Source: the human T2T-CHM13v2.0 reference genome, Homo sapiens. From it: 64,000 bases of DNA. The stretch lies in NCBI RefSeq assembly GCF_009914755.1, contig NC_060930.1. One strand, given 5' to 3'. The notes beneath the pieces were generated by a model. The model searched no databases and was not told where the DNA came from. It saw nothing but the letters and a program-made list of their open reading frames with translations. The position numbers and the translations under genes are program-made. Shown here in pieces: positions 38,901 to 52,900 of the stretch. How positions within the stretch are numbered: position 1 is the stretch's first letter; each line of letters opens with the position of its first letter.

Positions 38901-40699
38901 ATGTTTGGCTGTTTTCTTTGTCCATCTTCATCGTGCAGACTCGAGTTATCAGAATTAAAGCCTTCACTTTGTTCTGACCAAAGACTTCTTGGAATTGTGC
39001 ACTGGGTCAGAAATGTAAGCCAGTTCCATCTGCTCTCTTTCATCCATTTGAAAAATTACTAACGAATATTATCTAAATATTGAATGATCTTTTTCTAGGC
39101 TAGTGCAGAATGCATTTTCAAAACGGTAGGTTGTGAAATACTGCTAATGGGGTCCTTATAAAATAAACACTAGAGTAATAGAGCTAGTTGTTTTTGCATT
39201 ATGTTCTCTTCAGGAACCAGTTCTTTATGAGTATTCAACAAATATTAAATAATTAGGGTTATAGCTAAGGAAGCACAGCCAAAGGCTAAGTGGTGTTTTC
39301 AAGGTTGTAAAATGTGTTAGCAAGGAAACCTGGGACTGAAATGAAGAGTTCTTCGCTTCTTCCTGGGGCTTGGATCACTACGCCTCTCTATTTCCTTAAT
39401 CGCGTAAAACCATTGGGTTCCTTACTAACTCCTAATCCAGTGCTCAGTTAGGCAAAATTTGGAAACCTTCAGGCAATGACCTGTTTTTCAATGGAAAAAC
39501 GTATTTACTTCCAGCTGGAACACATCGAGACAAGCCATTTGTCTTATAGCCTCATTCTTGCCAAAAGACTGGAAAATAACTTATTAGTGAGTCTAACATC
39601 TCAAGAGCCACAACAACAGCTGCACTGAATATAGAACACACAGAATGACTGGACACTGTGAAACTGGGTTGACGGAAACCAATGCAACAGTAATTCCAGG
39701 ACTTGCTTTGATTTTTTCAACGGAGTGCAAGTTAGAGGGAAAATTTCATGCCTACACGATCAGATTGACTTAGCCTGTCTGTTCATCTGTAAATTGTCTT
39801 TGTAGCATTTGTATATGTGCTGTTTAAGATCATTGTCAAATTAATAATTGAGGTTTGTGATTGAATCATAATTTTAGAACCTCTTCCCAACTCAATATTC
39901 TCAATTAAACCAAATAGACTACTGGGGAGATAAACTCTGTTAAAAATATATGTGTATAGTTATAAAACTCAAATACTTTATGAGATCAAAGGCAACCAGC
40001 TTCAAATATGCACTCCCATCACACTGTTGAACATTTTGTGATTTAATGAATTAAATAACCTAGAAATTACATCATTTACCAAATATATGAATTTAACGGG
40101 TACAGTTTCCATACAGTGATATTTGCCTTTCAGCCAGTTGGCAGTAGCATTTATGGAAAATCTTCTGGGTCTTGGGCATGTTTAAAAAATTAAGAGGGAA
40201 AAATTCCAATTCTTTACTATTTCATTTCTTTAAAAATCTTGTTTCTGCTAGTTTAATGTAAAAATTTAAAAGTTGAAGGTGAGTGTTGTCACCTAAATGT
40301 TGACCACTTAAGTGGTTCTGAGATATTAGACAGTTCAAACTTTGATAGTTTAGAATAGGAAAATCAATTATCTTTTAATTAAAATTAAATTTATTTCACA
40401 ATTGGTCCCATTATGGCAATGGGTGTACACTCTCTCAATAGTGACACAATTGCTAAATAGCAGTGCTTCAGTGGTATATATACAGTTTGAATGTTGATCA
40501 GACATTTACAAATATTTACTGAAATAATTGATATTTGTGTGGCATATAAGCACTAGTCCTAGAAGTATAACAGAAATAATTATAATCAAAAAAGGATATT
40601 AAAATCCCAAAATAATTTCTAATGACCTACTAATGTAAGTTATGATTTTAATTATTATTGAAAACCAAAGATGGTAACTAAAGTAATAATAATATAACA

Positions 40700-40880
40700 A
40701 AATAAATGAATGCTATTATTTACCATACATTGTATTTTAAGCACTTTTTCTTATTGAATTCCACAGTAACCCAATGAGACCACTTAAATGATTTTATAGG
40801 TGAAGAAACTGGGTCTCAGAGAGATTAAGGTCATATAGCTAGAAATTTGCAGGGCCAGTCTTTTAGCACAGCCCAGTATG
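40700..40880 (-). mobile_element. MIR SINE
   Basis: ATTTTATAGGTGAAGAAACTGGGTCTCAGAGAGATTAAGGTCATATAGCTAG. Confidence 0.75.
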
Positions 40881-41769
40881 ACTCTAAAACCTTTTAATGC
40901 TCTCCTGCATTAAGTGTTCAAAGATGTTACAGAGCCGTATTTGAGTCTGGAACAGTATATGTATATCAGAATGAGAGCCTTCTCTCTTCTTAGTAAGTAC
41001 AAGTGTACTTAACAGAATTGGAGTAGATGTTATTTGCCCATTCATTTGCCTGAAAGATAGGTAGAAGAAAGAGAAAGTACAAAAAGAATGTGTGCGTGAG
41101 CCTATATGTAGTTTTTTTCTAAAAAATATACAGAGTCTGAAGGGACGGTGCACATATTTTGCAAATTTGTTTTACAAGTCATGTAGTGTGAAATTCTAGC
41201 ACCATTTTCATTGAAAAAAATAATTTACTGCTGTATGTGTATATCTTACAGAAACAGCTTGTAATTTAAAGCCATCTACAAGAAGGATTGTGATTTTAAA
41301 TGTGATCAAATAAATCTTGGGATACTCTGCACAACATTGAGAGGATCTTGCAGAAGAAATGCAAAACCATATATAGCAACTCTCAATAATTATTTTACCA
41401 GTCAGCTTGGAGCATAACCTGGAAATTGAAACATTCTTTTTAAGCTTGTATATTAAAGTAAAAATGCCTGAAAAATTATTTGGTATGATAGGAGAATGCA
41501 GGGATAGCAAATTCTATATCCAACTCCAGTTCATTGATAGTTGCTATCTGGAATAGCATGGGGTTGAGAAGGATTATGAGGCTATGTCTGAGCTCAGAAA
41601 AAAAAAGCTGTGATTTTTTAGTAATATCTACCACAGATGAGACATGTGGGCATGGTCACACATGTGCCATGCATTGTTTTGCCTGAGTAGTGTTTTTTCC
41701 CCATGAATTTTATTATGGAATCTTCAGATATGAGATCATCAAAAATAAAGACAGTATCTAATTCATTTT

Positions 41770-41876
41770 ATAGGATAACCAACTGTCCTAGTTTGCCAGG
41801 TACTAAAAAGGGGTTTTCCAGGATGTGGTAATTTCAATGCTAAAACTGATAGAATCCTGGAGAGTTGGTCACTGTA
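41770..41876. mobile_element. MER81-like (hAT-Blackjack) MITE
   Basis: Terminal inverted repeats TAGGATAACCAACT ... AGTTGGTCACTGTA, with internal GGGGTTTTCCAGGA and TTTCAATGCTAAAACTG. Confidence 0.75.
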
Positions 41877-42707
41877 TTTTTTTTTAAACTTTTAACTTTG
41901 AAATAAGTATAGACTTGTCATAGGAAGTTGCAAAAAATAGTACAGAGTCCCATGTATCCTTCCCTCAGCTCCCTTCAGTGGTGACATCCGACATAGCTAC
42001 AGCGCAATACCTATTTTTGTATCTCCCATCAGCGTCAAACACCTACACACTCATTCAGCCAGTGTATTGAATGAATGAATGAATGAATGAATGCTGTCAG
42101 TTGAGACGTACCTTATTATAGTTTTACCCTGTTGCCCTAAAGAAACAGGTTGTTTCCAAAGCTTAAAAACTATGCAAAGAAGCACTTCATTTAAACACAG
42201 GAAAAGTGGGAAGAGTATAAAATCCTCTTTAAATTGGCCTGTAGACAAAGGAAGTTGGTATCATAAGATGAACACGGAACTGTGATTTTTAACAGAGAGA
42301 TCTAGCACCATGGTTCAAATCTCAGTTTAATAATGCAAAACTATGAGTTTTCTTCAATTTCTAGGCAGTTGTAAAGATAAATTCTAGTAGTTTTGAAAGC
42401 ATGCTTAGTATGCTTTAGCTTATTATTTAATATAGAGTTATAAACATAGAGAAGCTGGCAGCTGTGAGTGAGCTGGTGAATCATCGAGATTCAGTGTGGG
42501 ATAGACAAGCAGAGCAGAATTTTCTTATCTTGGTAAGAGACAACTAAGCTGAAAGTGATCTGGGATGCTTTTTAGGCGGTGCAGACATAGGTTTGTTTTC
42601 GTCTTTAGAAAATGCTCGGTTTGGAAATTATCCATGTAGCAATAGCATGAGTCAATGATTTGAACTTACGGGGAAAATCAGAGTTTTATCTCTTCTAAGC
42701 CATTATG

Positions 42708-42740
42708 ATGTGTGCGCACGCGCGCGCGCACACACACACG
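42708..42740. repeat. Alternating purine-pyrimidine (TG)/(CG)/(CA) tract
   Basis: ATGTGTGCGCACGCGCGCGCGCACACACACACG. Confidence 0.95.
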
Positions 42741-44713
42741 GTATCTAGTAGACCTAGATACTACAGGCAAAGCTGACTTAAAATTTAGAGCATCTTAAAA
42801 AAATGTGATCTAAGAAAAGACCGCTTTTCTCCTTTTTTTATTGGTATTTAATTTGGAGCTCTTGTATCTAACTACAAAGTTCATCCTGATTCTAACTCAA
42901 AACCAATCTCCAGTAACGTAGATTTTGAGACTTATTCTATCTTGTCTTTGACCTCATATTCACCTTTTGCCTCCAGCACTATTCATCCTCACCTTTCCTT
43001 TTTTTCTGTAATTTGTTTTCCTGCTTTTGTTTCTTTCGTCACCTCCCCGTAGCTGCAGCAAGGAGGAGTGTACATAATTTTATTATAAGCCTTTCTCTTC
43101 AATGTGTGATTAAACCTTTCTTTGAAGTCTGTAAAATTGGACACCAAATGACCTCTAAGAAATTAAAGGGTACTGTATTTCATTATACCGATGCCCAAAA
43201 GATACTCTTTTAAACTGATTAGGGGAAATTTTGCCTTCCATTAAAAGACTGAAATCAAAGTTGTCTGTGTGTTCCTGACAAATAGGTTAACATAAAGTCT
43301 TTTTTCTTAGAATTCTACTGATGTCCTATCTTTCTATACCATACGCTTGGAGCAGGGCAAGGGTGGAGGAAGACAAAAGAGGGGGCATCAAACCTCACCA
43401 CTCCTATCAAACAGGTCACTGGTCCTACCTGCTGGGCATCTTGCTTCCGAAAAGAAAGAAGCCACCGCACCTCACCCCACCTGGGACAAATCTTCAGTGA
43501 GGAAGCAAAGCTGCACTGTGTGTTTGCTCACATTGTGTCTACACACGTACTGTGTGATTGAAGTTAATTAAAAGCAAAGACAAATAGAGGAAGACACACG
43601 CTTTGATGCCAAACAAGTGTTTTTGGCAAATGTTTCCCCTTCTGTGATTCCATTCTTTGTTCTGGATGGTTGAGCTGCAGAAGTTCAGGCAGCTGCGATT
43701 TTTAGCCCAGTATTTTCTTCACCTCCCAGGACCCTGCTGGCATAACTGTCCTTAGTGATTGATGGGGCTCCACACCCTCCATCTAGGGGGTGGCCCACCT
43801 GCAGGAAGGCTCCTGGATCAGGGGCACACACAAGTGGCTTGTCCTACCTCTACATTCCTGGGAGAGCTGGGGCTCCCAACTTCCTTTGTGTGAAGTGAAA
43901 GAATAGAACTGATTTACAGGGTAAATAAAATATCAGAGGAAATAGAGGTTAGCTGTTACTTATGGCTAAGAGAGATTTATGAGATTACATAGTAACTGAA
44001 ACTACACTTTAAGCTATAGTCATTATGGTCTACATAGTTCCATACCTCATTAGAGAAAAAAAAATGTGAAGAATGGAGAACACTAAGTCCTTCTTCTGTT
44101 TTTAAAAATGTTTCTGGTTGGTGCAGATGTGATCCATAATCAAAAGAACACTCTACATTTTTATAGCATCTTTCCACAGCAGGTTTCACTAGAGACTATA
44201 AATCCTACTCTAACAGAGCTGAGTGGAAAATCCTTCTATTTTATGCTTGGAGAAACTGAGGCTCAGAGGCAGCCAGGGCTTTAAGGTGTACGCAAGAAGC
44301 AAATGGCTGAAGCAAGAGCACCTGGAAATTTTATTTCTAGCCTGTTTTTGCCTCTCAAAAAAAGTCGGTGAGTAACAAAAAAGGGAAAGGGGGAAAAAAA
44401 CCAGTATTGGATTCATTGATATGCTAGGCAGCACCCAATATTCAATTCCATTTCAAAAGCGTTTTCCCCCTACAGCAGTGATGGATTCCACAAGTCTTGG
44501 AGTAAGTTAAGGGACTGAAGAGTGCTTGTTGGTACAGTGAGCTATTTTGAGTGCTTTTTGAAAACTGAAATTACTGGAGCAAAATCTGTAAAGGCTCAAT
44601 CATATACTTGTTATACAAGGGGAAGGATTCATGTAAATCCAGAGGTATGTGGCTCAAGAAGTGGACAAAGTTATAGGGAGTCTTGTCTCTGTGCCAACAC
44701 TGTCTTGAATGCT

Positions 44714-44880
44714 CAGCCTTGTTACTCAAAGTGTGGTTCTCAGACCAGCAGCATCAGCATCACCTGGGTGCTTGTTGGAAATGCAGAGTCCCAGACTCCA
44801 TCTCAGATTTACTGAATCAGAATCTATCTTTGAACTAGCTTCTGAGGATTTGCATGCATGTTAAAATTTGAGGATCATTG
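44714..44880. mobile_element. MER5A (hAT-Charlie) DNA transposon fossil
   Basis: TACTCAAAGTGTGGTTCTCAGACCAGCAGCATCAGCATCACCTGGG..GAAATGCAGA..TACTGAATCAGAATCT. Confidence 0.9.
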
Positions 44881-45922
44881 TGCTAACTGACACCAAAGAG
44901 GGGATCTGACCTGAGTGTCATGGTTAAGATCCCTTGTGGGGAGGAGGGTTTTGTTGATAAGGCTGTGGAGTGATGCAGTAAAACAGGCAGCTTAGGCCCT
45001 TCTCAGGGTGATGCCACCTGTATTTAGACAGAATTTTCCTCTGGCAGAGAAATCCTTGGTTTGGCTTCTAACCCTGGCATTTTTAAGTTATGTCAACTTC
45101 TTTGCCTCTGTTCCGTTTAACATAGAAATGAAGTTAATAACAATTTTCTTAGGCACGCTACTTCTGGCTCTGAGGAGAATGAATGTTTTAAGTAATAATT
45201 GGAAAATACATGAATAATAGGAAGTTTTTTAAAAAGTACACTATGATAAGCCAAAATATTCTCTGGTTCCTGACACTGAGCCCATTAAAATTACAAATGT
45301 TAATTTATAAGAAAGATTTTGTTTCAGAAGCCATTAAAAAATTTGGTTCTTAGCATACTTAACTCCTACCTCCTCACCTCCAGAACAGAATTACTCACAT
45401 TTAAAATTAGTAACTGAAAATTCTGTCCTAACCCTACATCTGGCACTTCACTTCATCTGATTACACTCAATTTCAGAGACAGGAATGTACACGTTGAGCC
45501 TGGTCTCATTTTACACAATATTTTATAAGTCTTATTTATCTGGAAATAAAAGAACAATTTAGTCCTTGGGCAATGTTAATTATAAACCAGACTGAGGCAC
45601 CATGCCTGTCTTTGTAGGATGGGGAAACACATAAAATTTCTTTGGAGGTTGGATTCTTTTAATGAGATAAGTACAGGACAATGTTTCTATTTGTAAGTAA
45701 GTTGTTTAAGGAGAAATAAAGCCTTTGAATTCTGCCAAGGAGCCCCAGGCTAGAACACAGAGAAACATGGAATTGTGTCCTGTGCTGTCTGGCCCCCAAA
45801 ATGCAGTTTCTTTAATGAAGAAGGTCCCAAGTTTTTATCCGAGTGACCACGATGAATACCTATAATAAAATCCATGAAGGGTTTCAGTGGTACTACTTCT
45901 CATTAGCTAAAAGGAACTTCCA

Positions 45923-45983
45923 AGTGATGGGTTGAGCGGGAGCCTATAGAGTGATGGGTTGAGCGGGAGCCTATAGAGTGATG
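45923..45983 (+). repeat. Perfect 27-bp tandem duplication (2.26 copies)
   Basis: AGTGATGGGTTGAGCGGGAGCCTATAG twice, followed by AGTGATG. Confidence 0.97.
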
Positions 45984-46494
45984 TGGCTGTTGCTGGAGCT
46001 TGATGGTACCTCTGCAAGTTGTTCAAGCACATATGGGAACAATACTTGGCAAATACAAGCACTCATTAAGCATCACCCCCTCCTTAAAAAGTACATTTTA
46101 GGGGGTGATATGAGGAGTGGGGAAGGAGCAGAAACTTTCTATTAGGATAAAGTCCCTAATCTAAATTTAAATGACCTGCTCTGATTCATCTTGGACTTTT
46201 GATATGAAAAGAGCCAACAATATCTGTAAACTTCTTTCTCTTCAATGGTAGAGTTAGCATATTCATGCATACTAAGTTGGTCTTACATAGACATCATATA
46301 ATCATCTAATCAATTTAACTTTATCACTATTTTCATTTCCATGAAGAAGAATGGTTGTCAATTATGTAAAGAGAACTAACAAAACTTAATAAAGAGAATT
46401 ATTGATCATGATGAGATTTTTGTTTGACTATGGCCAGTCATTGTTTCCTTAGGCTTTTTTGGAAAAGGTGACAATGCCAAAAACACTTTTATTT

Positions 46495-46760
46495 ACTGTG
46501 TAACAATTGCTACCATTTACCGAGTACTTAATATACACCAGGCACTGTACTAAGTACTTTATATGCGTGCAATCCTCACGGTAACCTTATGGCATTGGTC
46601 CCATTACAGTATTATCCCCATTTTAGAGATGAGGAAAACTGAGTCTTAAAGATATGTAACTTTTCTGAGGTTAAACAACTTGTAAGTGGCAGAGCCAGAC
46701 AGAATTCAAACCCAGGTTTGTCAGGGACCAGAGACCATGTTCCAAATGCCTGTGCTAGTC
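46495..46760 (-). mobile_element. MIR SINE
   Basis: CCAGGCACTGTACTAAG..TATTATCCCCATTTTAGAGATGAGGAAAACTGAG..GAATTCAAACCCAGG. Confidence 0.88.
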
Positions 46761-48784
46761 TGTATACCACAGAACAAAGACTTTGAAGTTTTCAGTTGAA
46801 ACATGTCATGTAAAAGAAGAATGATTACACTTTCCATTATAATCAAATTGTTACTCACCATGCTCCATCTATGAGTTAAAGTGTTTCTGGTCATCTAGTG
46901 GGTTTCCCAGCACTACAGATCTACTTATGTTCCCTTGTGCTTTCTAACTTTTTCCCCCCGTATACTATAGTAAAGTAAACCTCTCCTGGGGCTCTTAAGT
47001 TTATCTTCTCTTATTCTTTCTACTCTGACCTCCCTTAATTTTCCCACATCAAACTAGACATTAAATGAGAGGATGGATGTGAAAGTATTTTGGAAAGTTA
47101 GAAGCAAATCAGACAGAAAGTATTATGATTTTGTCTGAAACAGCTTTCTACATCTGCTCAATGAAACCACCCCCTCTCTTTCCAATCATGACACTAAGCA
47201 AAATTCTTTCTGGAAATTCCAGAAGGCAGAAAGGCTATGAATCAGGCACATGAGCTGTCAAGTCAGTCAAAAGTGTCAAAGCAGGTTATGCGTGTAAGTA
47301 CACCTTAAACCCAATGGAGGGCAGCTTCCAGGCACAGGTCACGGGGAAATTTTGGAGGGTAGTACGTATTGTATTGCTTGAAAGTTGTTCCATGACCAAG
47401 AGGTTAAATGCCTTCTTTTGCCAAGAAAAATGAATAGACTGAGTATGACAGCATATAGACTGGCCAAAATGAGGTGAATGAGGAAGTCAAGAAGAGATAA
47501 CAAAAAAGAGAAAAAAGGTCAAGAACTCAGTTTCAGGAGGAAGCAATATGCAGTTTAGTCTGTTTTTTTATTTTTTATTTTTTTTATTTTTAGAAAAGTT
47601 GGTTGCTAAAACTAAGGCTTTCTCTTAGTTTGTATAACTGATACCACAACTAGTTTGGAAATAATATGAGAGTTACAAATGAGTGAAGATTAACTAAATG
47701 CTCACAGTGAGTGGCTGTGAAATCTTAAATTGCAATTTCTGATTTATCTTTTTAAAATGTTATGCCCACATGGGCACTTTGCAAGTCGTACCAAGTGATT
47801 CACTATTCATTCCATTCACTAGCCATTTCATCTACATGTTCTCAGATTTCTACTGTGGCTCCTAGTCAGAACCCTGCTATTATTCATGGAGCTTAAAATT
47901 TGATTCTATTCACATGATGATTTATGGACTGTACAGCAACAAAAGTATTTAATGACTGTTCACAGCACCAATGCCTCTAGGAGGTTCTCTCTCCCCTCCT
48001 CTAGAAATGCTCTCTGGTCCTCTGCTCTGCCTTTCATTTCAGCTGGTGGAGGTCTTGGCCAGGAAAGTATTCCAAATGGCAATGAATACACAACAGAGCA
48101 ATTCATTTTAAAAATCTCTATTTAATTTGTAATGAACTTGTTTTAAAAATAGTTTACAGAAGCCTTTTACACCAAAAAAACTAGTTACAAGGAAAGAAGA
48201 AATGAAATTGACTTATTGTTTTATAGATGTAGGTCTTCTCCCTGGCTAGAATGTGAAGCATGTGTGATGGTCTCTCGTATTCACCCATCTCATCTTCCTG
48301 CATCCCTTCCTGTTTCTTGACGCCTCAAATTTCCTGGATCCTTGTGGTGGATGTAGGAGAACTTTACCTAGGCATATGCAGGATGCTGTCTTTGCCTTAG
48401 TTTTCTCTAAGTGTGTTGTAATGATTAGATCAATCACAATCTATCAAACAGATAACTTAATTTACATGAACCATGCTGAATAACATAATGCTTACCTTGT
48501 TAAGGATGCCTAAGTTAAGAGAAGGCTGGGAACAATAATGCTTGTACATAGGAATGAATCTGTAAATGAGATGACAGTAGAAGTGTTTGCTTAATGGAAT
48601 CATGAATAAAAGTTTTACTCCAAAGTTTTTCTCTAGGTTGGGAGTACCCATCAAGAGTCTCAAGAAAGGGATGTTGAACAATAACTGCTTTAGATGCACT
48701 AATGCTCTGGGAACACATTTTTTTTTTTGAGAAGAGATGCTGATCCAGAAATAACTGACAATGAAAGGTCTGGGAATTGTGTGA

Positions 48785-49250
48785 TGGTATTAGCTAGGTT
48801 TCCTAGAAAACAGAATATTTGAGGCAAAATTGCTCATGCTTTATTGGGGAGTGGTGCAATACCAAAGCAGCAAGAGTGAGGAGGGAAGTGAAGGGAGGCA
48901 CAGAAGCAGGTGGTACATTACTGAGCTTTGTGAGAGACACAGTGTAGTCAAAATGCTGTGACTCTGAAGGGGCCTTAGGGAGCCAGTAACCCTGGGACCA
49001 AAGAAGGGTGAGGAATTGACTTGTTGACCCTTTCTGTCTTCTGTGCTCGTTGGTTCAGATTTACTCCAGACGGCATTCACTCCCCTGATTTCTTGGTTGT
49101 GTTACCTGTGAGGCTGAGATTGGTGACTAGACTAGACTCACTCTTTAGCAAGAGGCTGAGGCCCTGGAATGGGGGGTGGGAGAGAGGTCACGACTGGCCC
49201 AGCAAATCTGTGGGTCCCGTTGGTGATCTCACGTGGTAGCTGTTGAGGTT
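48785..49250 (-). mobile_element. ERVL-class LTR fragment (LTR16-like)
   Basis: TAGGTTTCCTAGAAAACAGA..TGAGGCAAA..TTTATTGGGGAGTG..GCAGCAAGAGTGAGG. Confidence 0.55.
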
Positions 49251-49764
49251 GACTGTCACAGACAGAAATGGTGTTTAGGTCAAGAAAAGAACAAAACCAC
49301 AGAGACAATCCCAAATAATATAAAAATCACCAAAAATTAGAGAAAAGAGGAGCATTAATATAAGTTGGGTAGTCATGGACAGCATTTTCAGGGGAGGTGG
49401 GCTAGGTGCTGGATTCCCAGCAGAGAGGAGAGGAGAGGGTCAGGAACAGAGATACTGCTCCTCTGAAATTCCAGGAGAGATAGTGACATACACTGTGATT
49501 CGCTACCAAGGCCCTTCAGGACTGGCTTGTGACCTTTCTGGTTGTATAACCCCAGGCACCCAGTGTATGGCCCAGGCTAGCTCTAGGCACTCAATAAGCA
49601 GTCATTGAATTGGAGATCAAATGCTTTAATTTGAATCCACTTTATCTCTTTGCTGACAAATAAGTTTTGCCTTGGCAAATGATCTTAAGGGTTTTGTGTG
49701 TGGATGCCAGGGCTATGTAGAGAATGGAACCTTCCTTAGGACAGAGATGATGCCCACGTTGCTC

Positions 49765-49995
49765 TGGAGACAGTGTAGCATAAGAGTTAGAGTCAGATAC
49801 ATTTGGGTTTGAAACATGGCTCTGTCACTTCTTTACAGTGTGATCTGGGGCAAGTTAATTAATGTCTCAAAGCCATACTTTTTCTCAGCTGCAAAATGTA
49901 TATACCAAGAGTAATTTATGTGTGGGATTGTTGTTACAAGAGTGGGTGGTTTATATTGAACAGGCAATTACTAATAGTTATTATTACCATTGCTA
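49765..49995 (+). mobile_element. MIR SINE
   Basis: GAGTCAGATACATTTGGGTTTGAAA..GGCTCTGTCACTT..GGGCAAGTTAATTAA. Confidence 0.8.
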
Positions 49996-52900
49996 TTTAG
50001 CTCTTCATCCTGTGACTTATAAAGGGTACATTAAACACTGTCTGACAAAGAATTTAAGTTTATCTTATGTCAATATTTACTCACTTCTTTATAGGAAAGC
50101 GAAACAGTAAAAAGCATTAGGTTGGTAGATCCTGCACAATTATTTTTAAGACTGTTTCAAGTTTCAGTGCTGTGTAAAATAAGAAAATCTAATGAAATGA
50201 GTTAAGTGGTTTCTTTTTTAGAAGGTAACTATACTGCATGTATGACTTATTCAAATTATATTGAAAGGAGACACATGGCTTTAATGTCTCGTCCTATGAA
50301 TGTGAACATAATTTGAACTGAAACTTCCTATTTTCCACTTTCCCTGTTATTACTGTTGTCTGTTAACAAACAGAAACATACTGTCCATAAATAATTACTG
50401 TTTTAATCATGTCCTTGGTGGATTTTGTAGTCATCTATTTGGTAGACAGATTATAGCCATTCCAAACCAAACTGGGTGTGCCAGCCTCTATACAATTGTT
50501 AGAATATTGTTAGAAACTCAGACCCAACCAACATCCATGTGAAGCAGAAAAAGCTGTCCACAGTTACTCTTCAAGTAAATTATTATTTTTCGTTTAATTA
50601 GGATTTGTGTCCTTATCAGAAATGTAACCACAAGGAAATACTTTCTAGCTCAGGCTTCTTACTACAAAGTGGAAATCTCATGAAAGCAAAATTTGAGAGG
50701 AGGAAAAGCAAACTAAAAGAAACATAGCAATTTAAATTTATTAGGGGATTTATAATCAAGGCATTAGCTCTTAAGTCAACAAACTCTTAGTTCTGGAGAT
50801 GAAATTGTAATGTTCACAAATGTGCTCCATGAAGTAATGCAGTTTAGTGGGTTCAAATACTGGCTTAACCACGTATGGAAACTGGGACTAGTTAAGAAAC
50901 TTGTGAACTAAAATAATAATGATAATAATAAATGGAAACACTCATAATAATCACTTTACATTTTGTTCTGTGGTTTTCAATTAACAAATTAATGAATGAA
51001 CAAAAAGTACAGAGTGGTTTGTGCCAGACGATAGGAATGTAAAAAATATAAACTATTATGTTCTTACCTGAAGTGAATATTGTCATAACACAAACCACCT
51101 CATCTAAGAAACTCTTGCTCTCATTGTGTTTATTTACTGAGACGGACTGTATATATTTTATCAGGCACAGAGTTCATTATTAATTGCATTTTGATTGAGG
51201 GGCCATGGAAAGATTTAGATAATCCCTCATCCTGACACTCATTTATTATCTTAAATATTGCCTGGGGACTTTCATCTGATGTAAATTTCTAGGAAAAATG
51301 TAGCATTAAGAGAAATCTTTTTTCAGACTATTGAACCCAGTACATAGCCAAAGAAGTTAGTGTAAAAACATTACACAACTGGGACTTTCTTTTCTGTTGA
51401 TTAGCAATTTGAACTTTGCAGAGAGGTAAAAGAAAAGTGATCAGTTTAAGGCTTCAACTCTGGGGATTTAGTAGCAGAGGAAAATTCTCAGCCCCATTAT
51501 GTTGCTGACCTTCTGAAATTAAGAAATAAAGAAGTTATGGGATTAGAAATATGTAGCCAAGATTGCATTATAATAGCCTGATAAATAACTGCAAAAAGTT
51601 TATTAGCCCACTTATTAAAAAAATGACTTCTTTCTACCATGTGTATTACATTGATGATAAAAATGAACAAAATCAGCATACAATTTTACTCCCTTAAATA
51701 AATTGTTTCTCACCTTGGGAAAAAAGGTGAGTGGTTATTTCTCCTGCTGTCTTACAATGTAGTCATTTTAGGTTTTCCATGCTTTTGGAATTCTAATCAC
51801 CACAAATTTTATACAGACACAACTCTATAATTAAAAGAAAAAATTATCTATTGGTCATTATCTATTTAGTTGAAAATAGATTCATTTTGTCCCAGGAAAG
51901 ATATACTTCATATTTGTCAGCTTTCTACTTGTGTACACAAATTCTTTCAGAGCTGAAGCTCTCCAGTCGTTGACTTGTTGAAGATGGGGAAATGAGTCAG
52001 TAGCCATTAGGGTTTGTTAACTGGAGCAGAGAGAAGGACCATTCTCACCTAGTCTTACCTGGTAATTGGAAACTATATCAGAATCTCTTGAGGTTTTTTT
52101 AAACTTACTCCAATGCAGCAGACTTTCTAAATGCCTGTCCTCATCCTGGCAGGTGATGGTGGTGGTGATGGTATTCTTCTGCCTTTTAGAAATTGCGTTC
52201 TAATAATCGATCCGAGCATGTCACATCATATCTCTCTCTTGTTTTGGAGTGGAAAGTTTTTGAAAATTCCTCATCCTAATGGAATTTCATAAAAATCATT
52301 GAATGTTTGCTTGGGAAACATGTAGACAGAGCTTCTGATGCCTGGAAAATAAACAAACAAAAATCCTCAATTCAGTAAAACAAAATATTCTTCAAGTTAA
52401 TACATTTCTTCCTTGAAAACTTGGAGAGTAAGGATTTGAGATCAAATTATCAGAAGTCTTTTTCTATCAAGCAGGCTGATATTTCCAGGGTTAGTTTTGG
52501 AGACATAAATGTGTCCTGGAAAGGGTTTTTGACTTTGCATTTTCTGGACTGGTGTCCTAAAGAACACTACTCCTGCAAGACATACTGGGGAAGAAAAGGG
52601 AGAAGGCTGGATGGGTTCCATGACCGCATTAATTGGGAACTCCTGAATCACCATCTAGAAGGTTCTCAGGGGTCTTGCCATCACAACATCCATCACACAC
52701 AAAATCCAAATGAAAATGCACATTTGCTCTCATGCTTAGTTAACCCTTTGAGCCAATCCTGGCTATTCAAAATATGAGGAGAGGGGAAGGGATATTTGAA
52801 TCACTAATGTTGATTTGGTGGCAAGCAACCAAAATTGTTAACAACACTGTAGAAATTTCAATGATTGCAAACATGTTGTATATACACGTTGGATCTAACC

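Noticed and set aside
43778-43796. CTCF-like CCATCTAGGGGGTGGC
   Set aside because: It has several mismatches at informative motif positions and cannot be supported without ChIP data.
45923-45983. CRISPR-like repeat
   Set aside because: The copies are directly adjacent with no spacers, there are no cas genes, and the context is eukaryotic.
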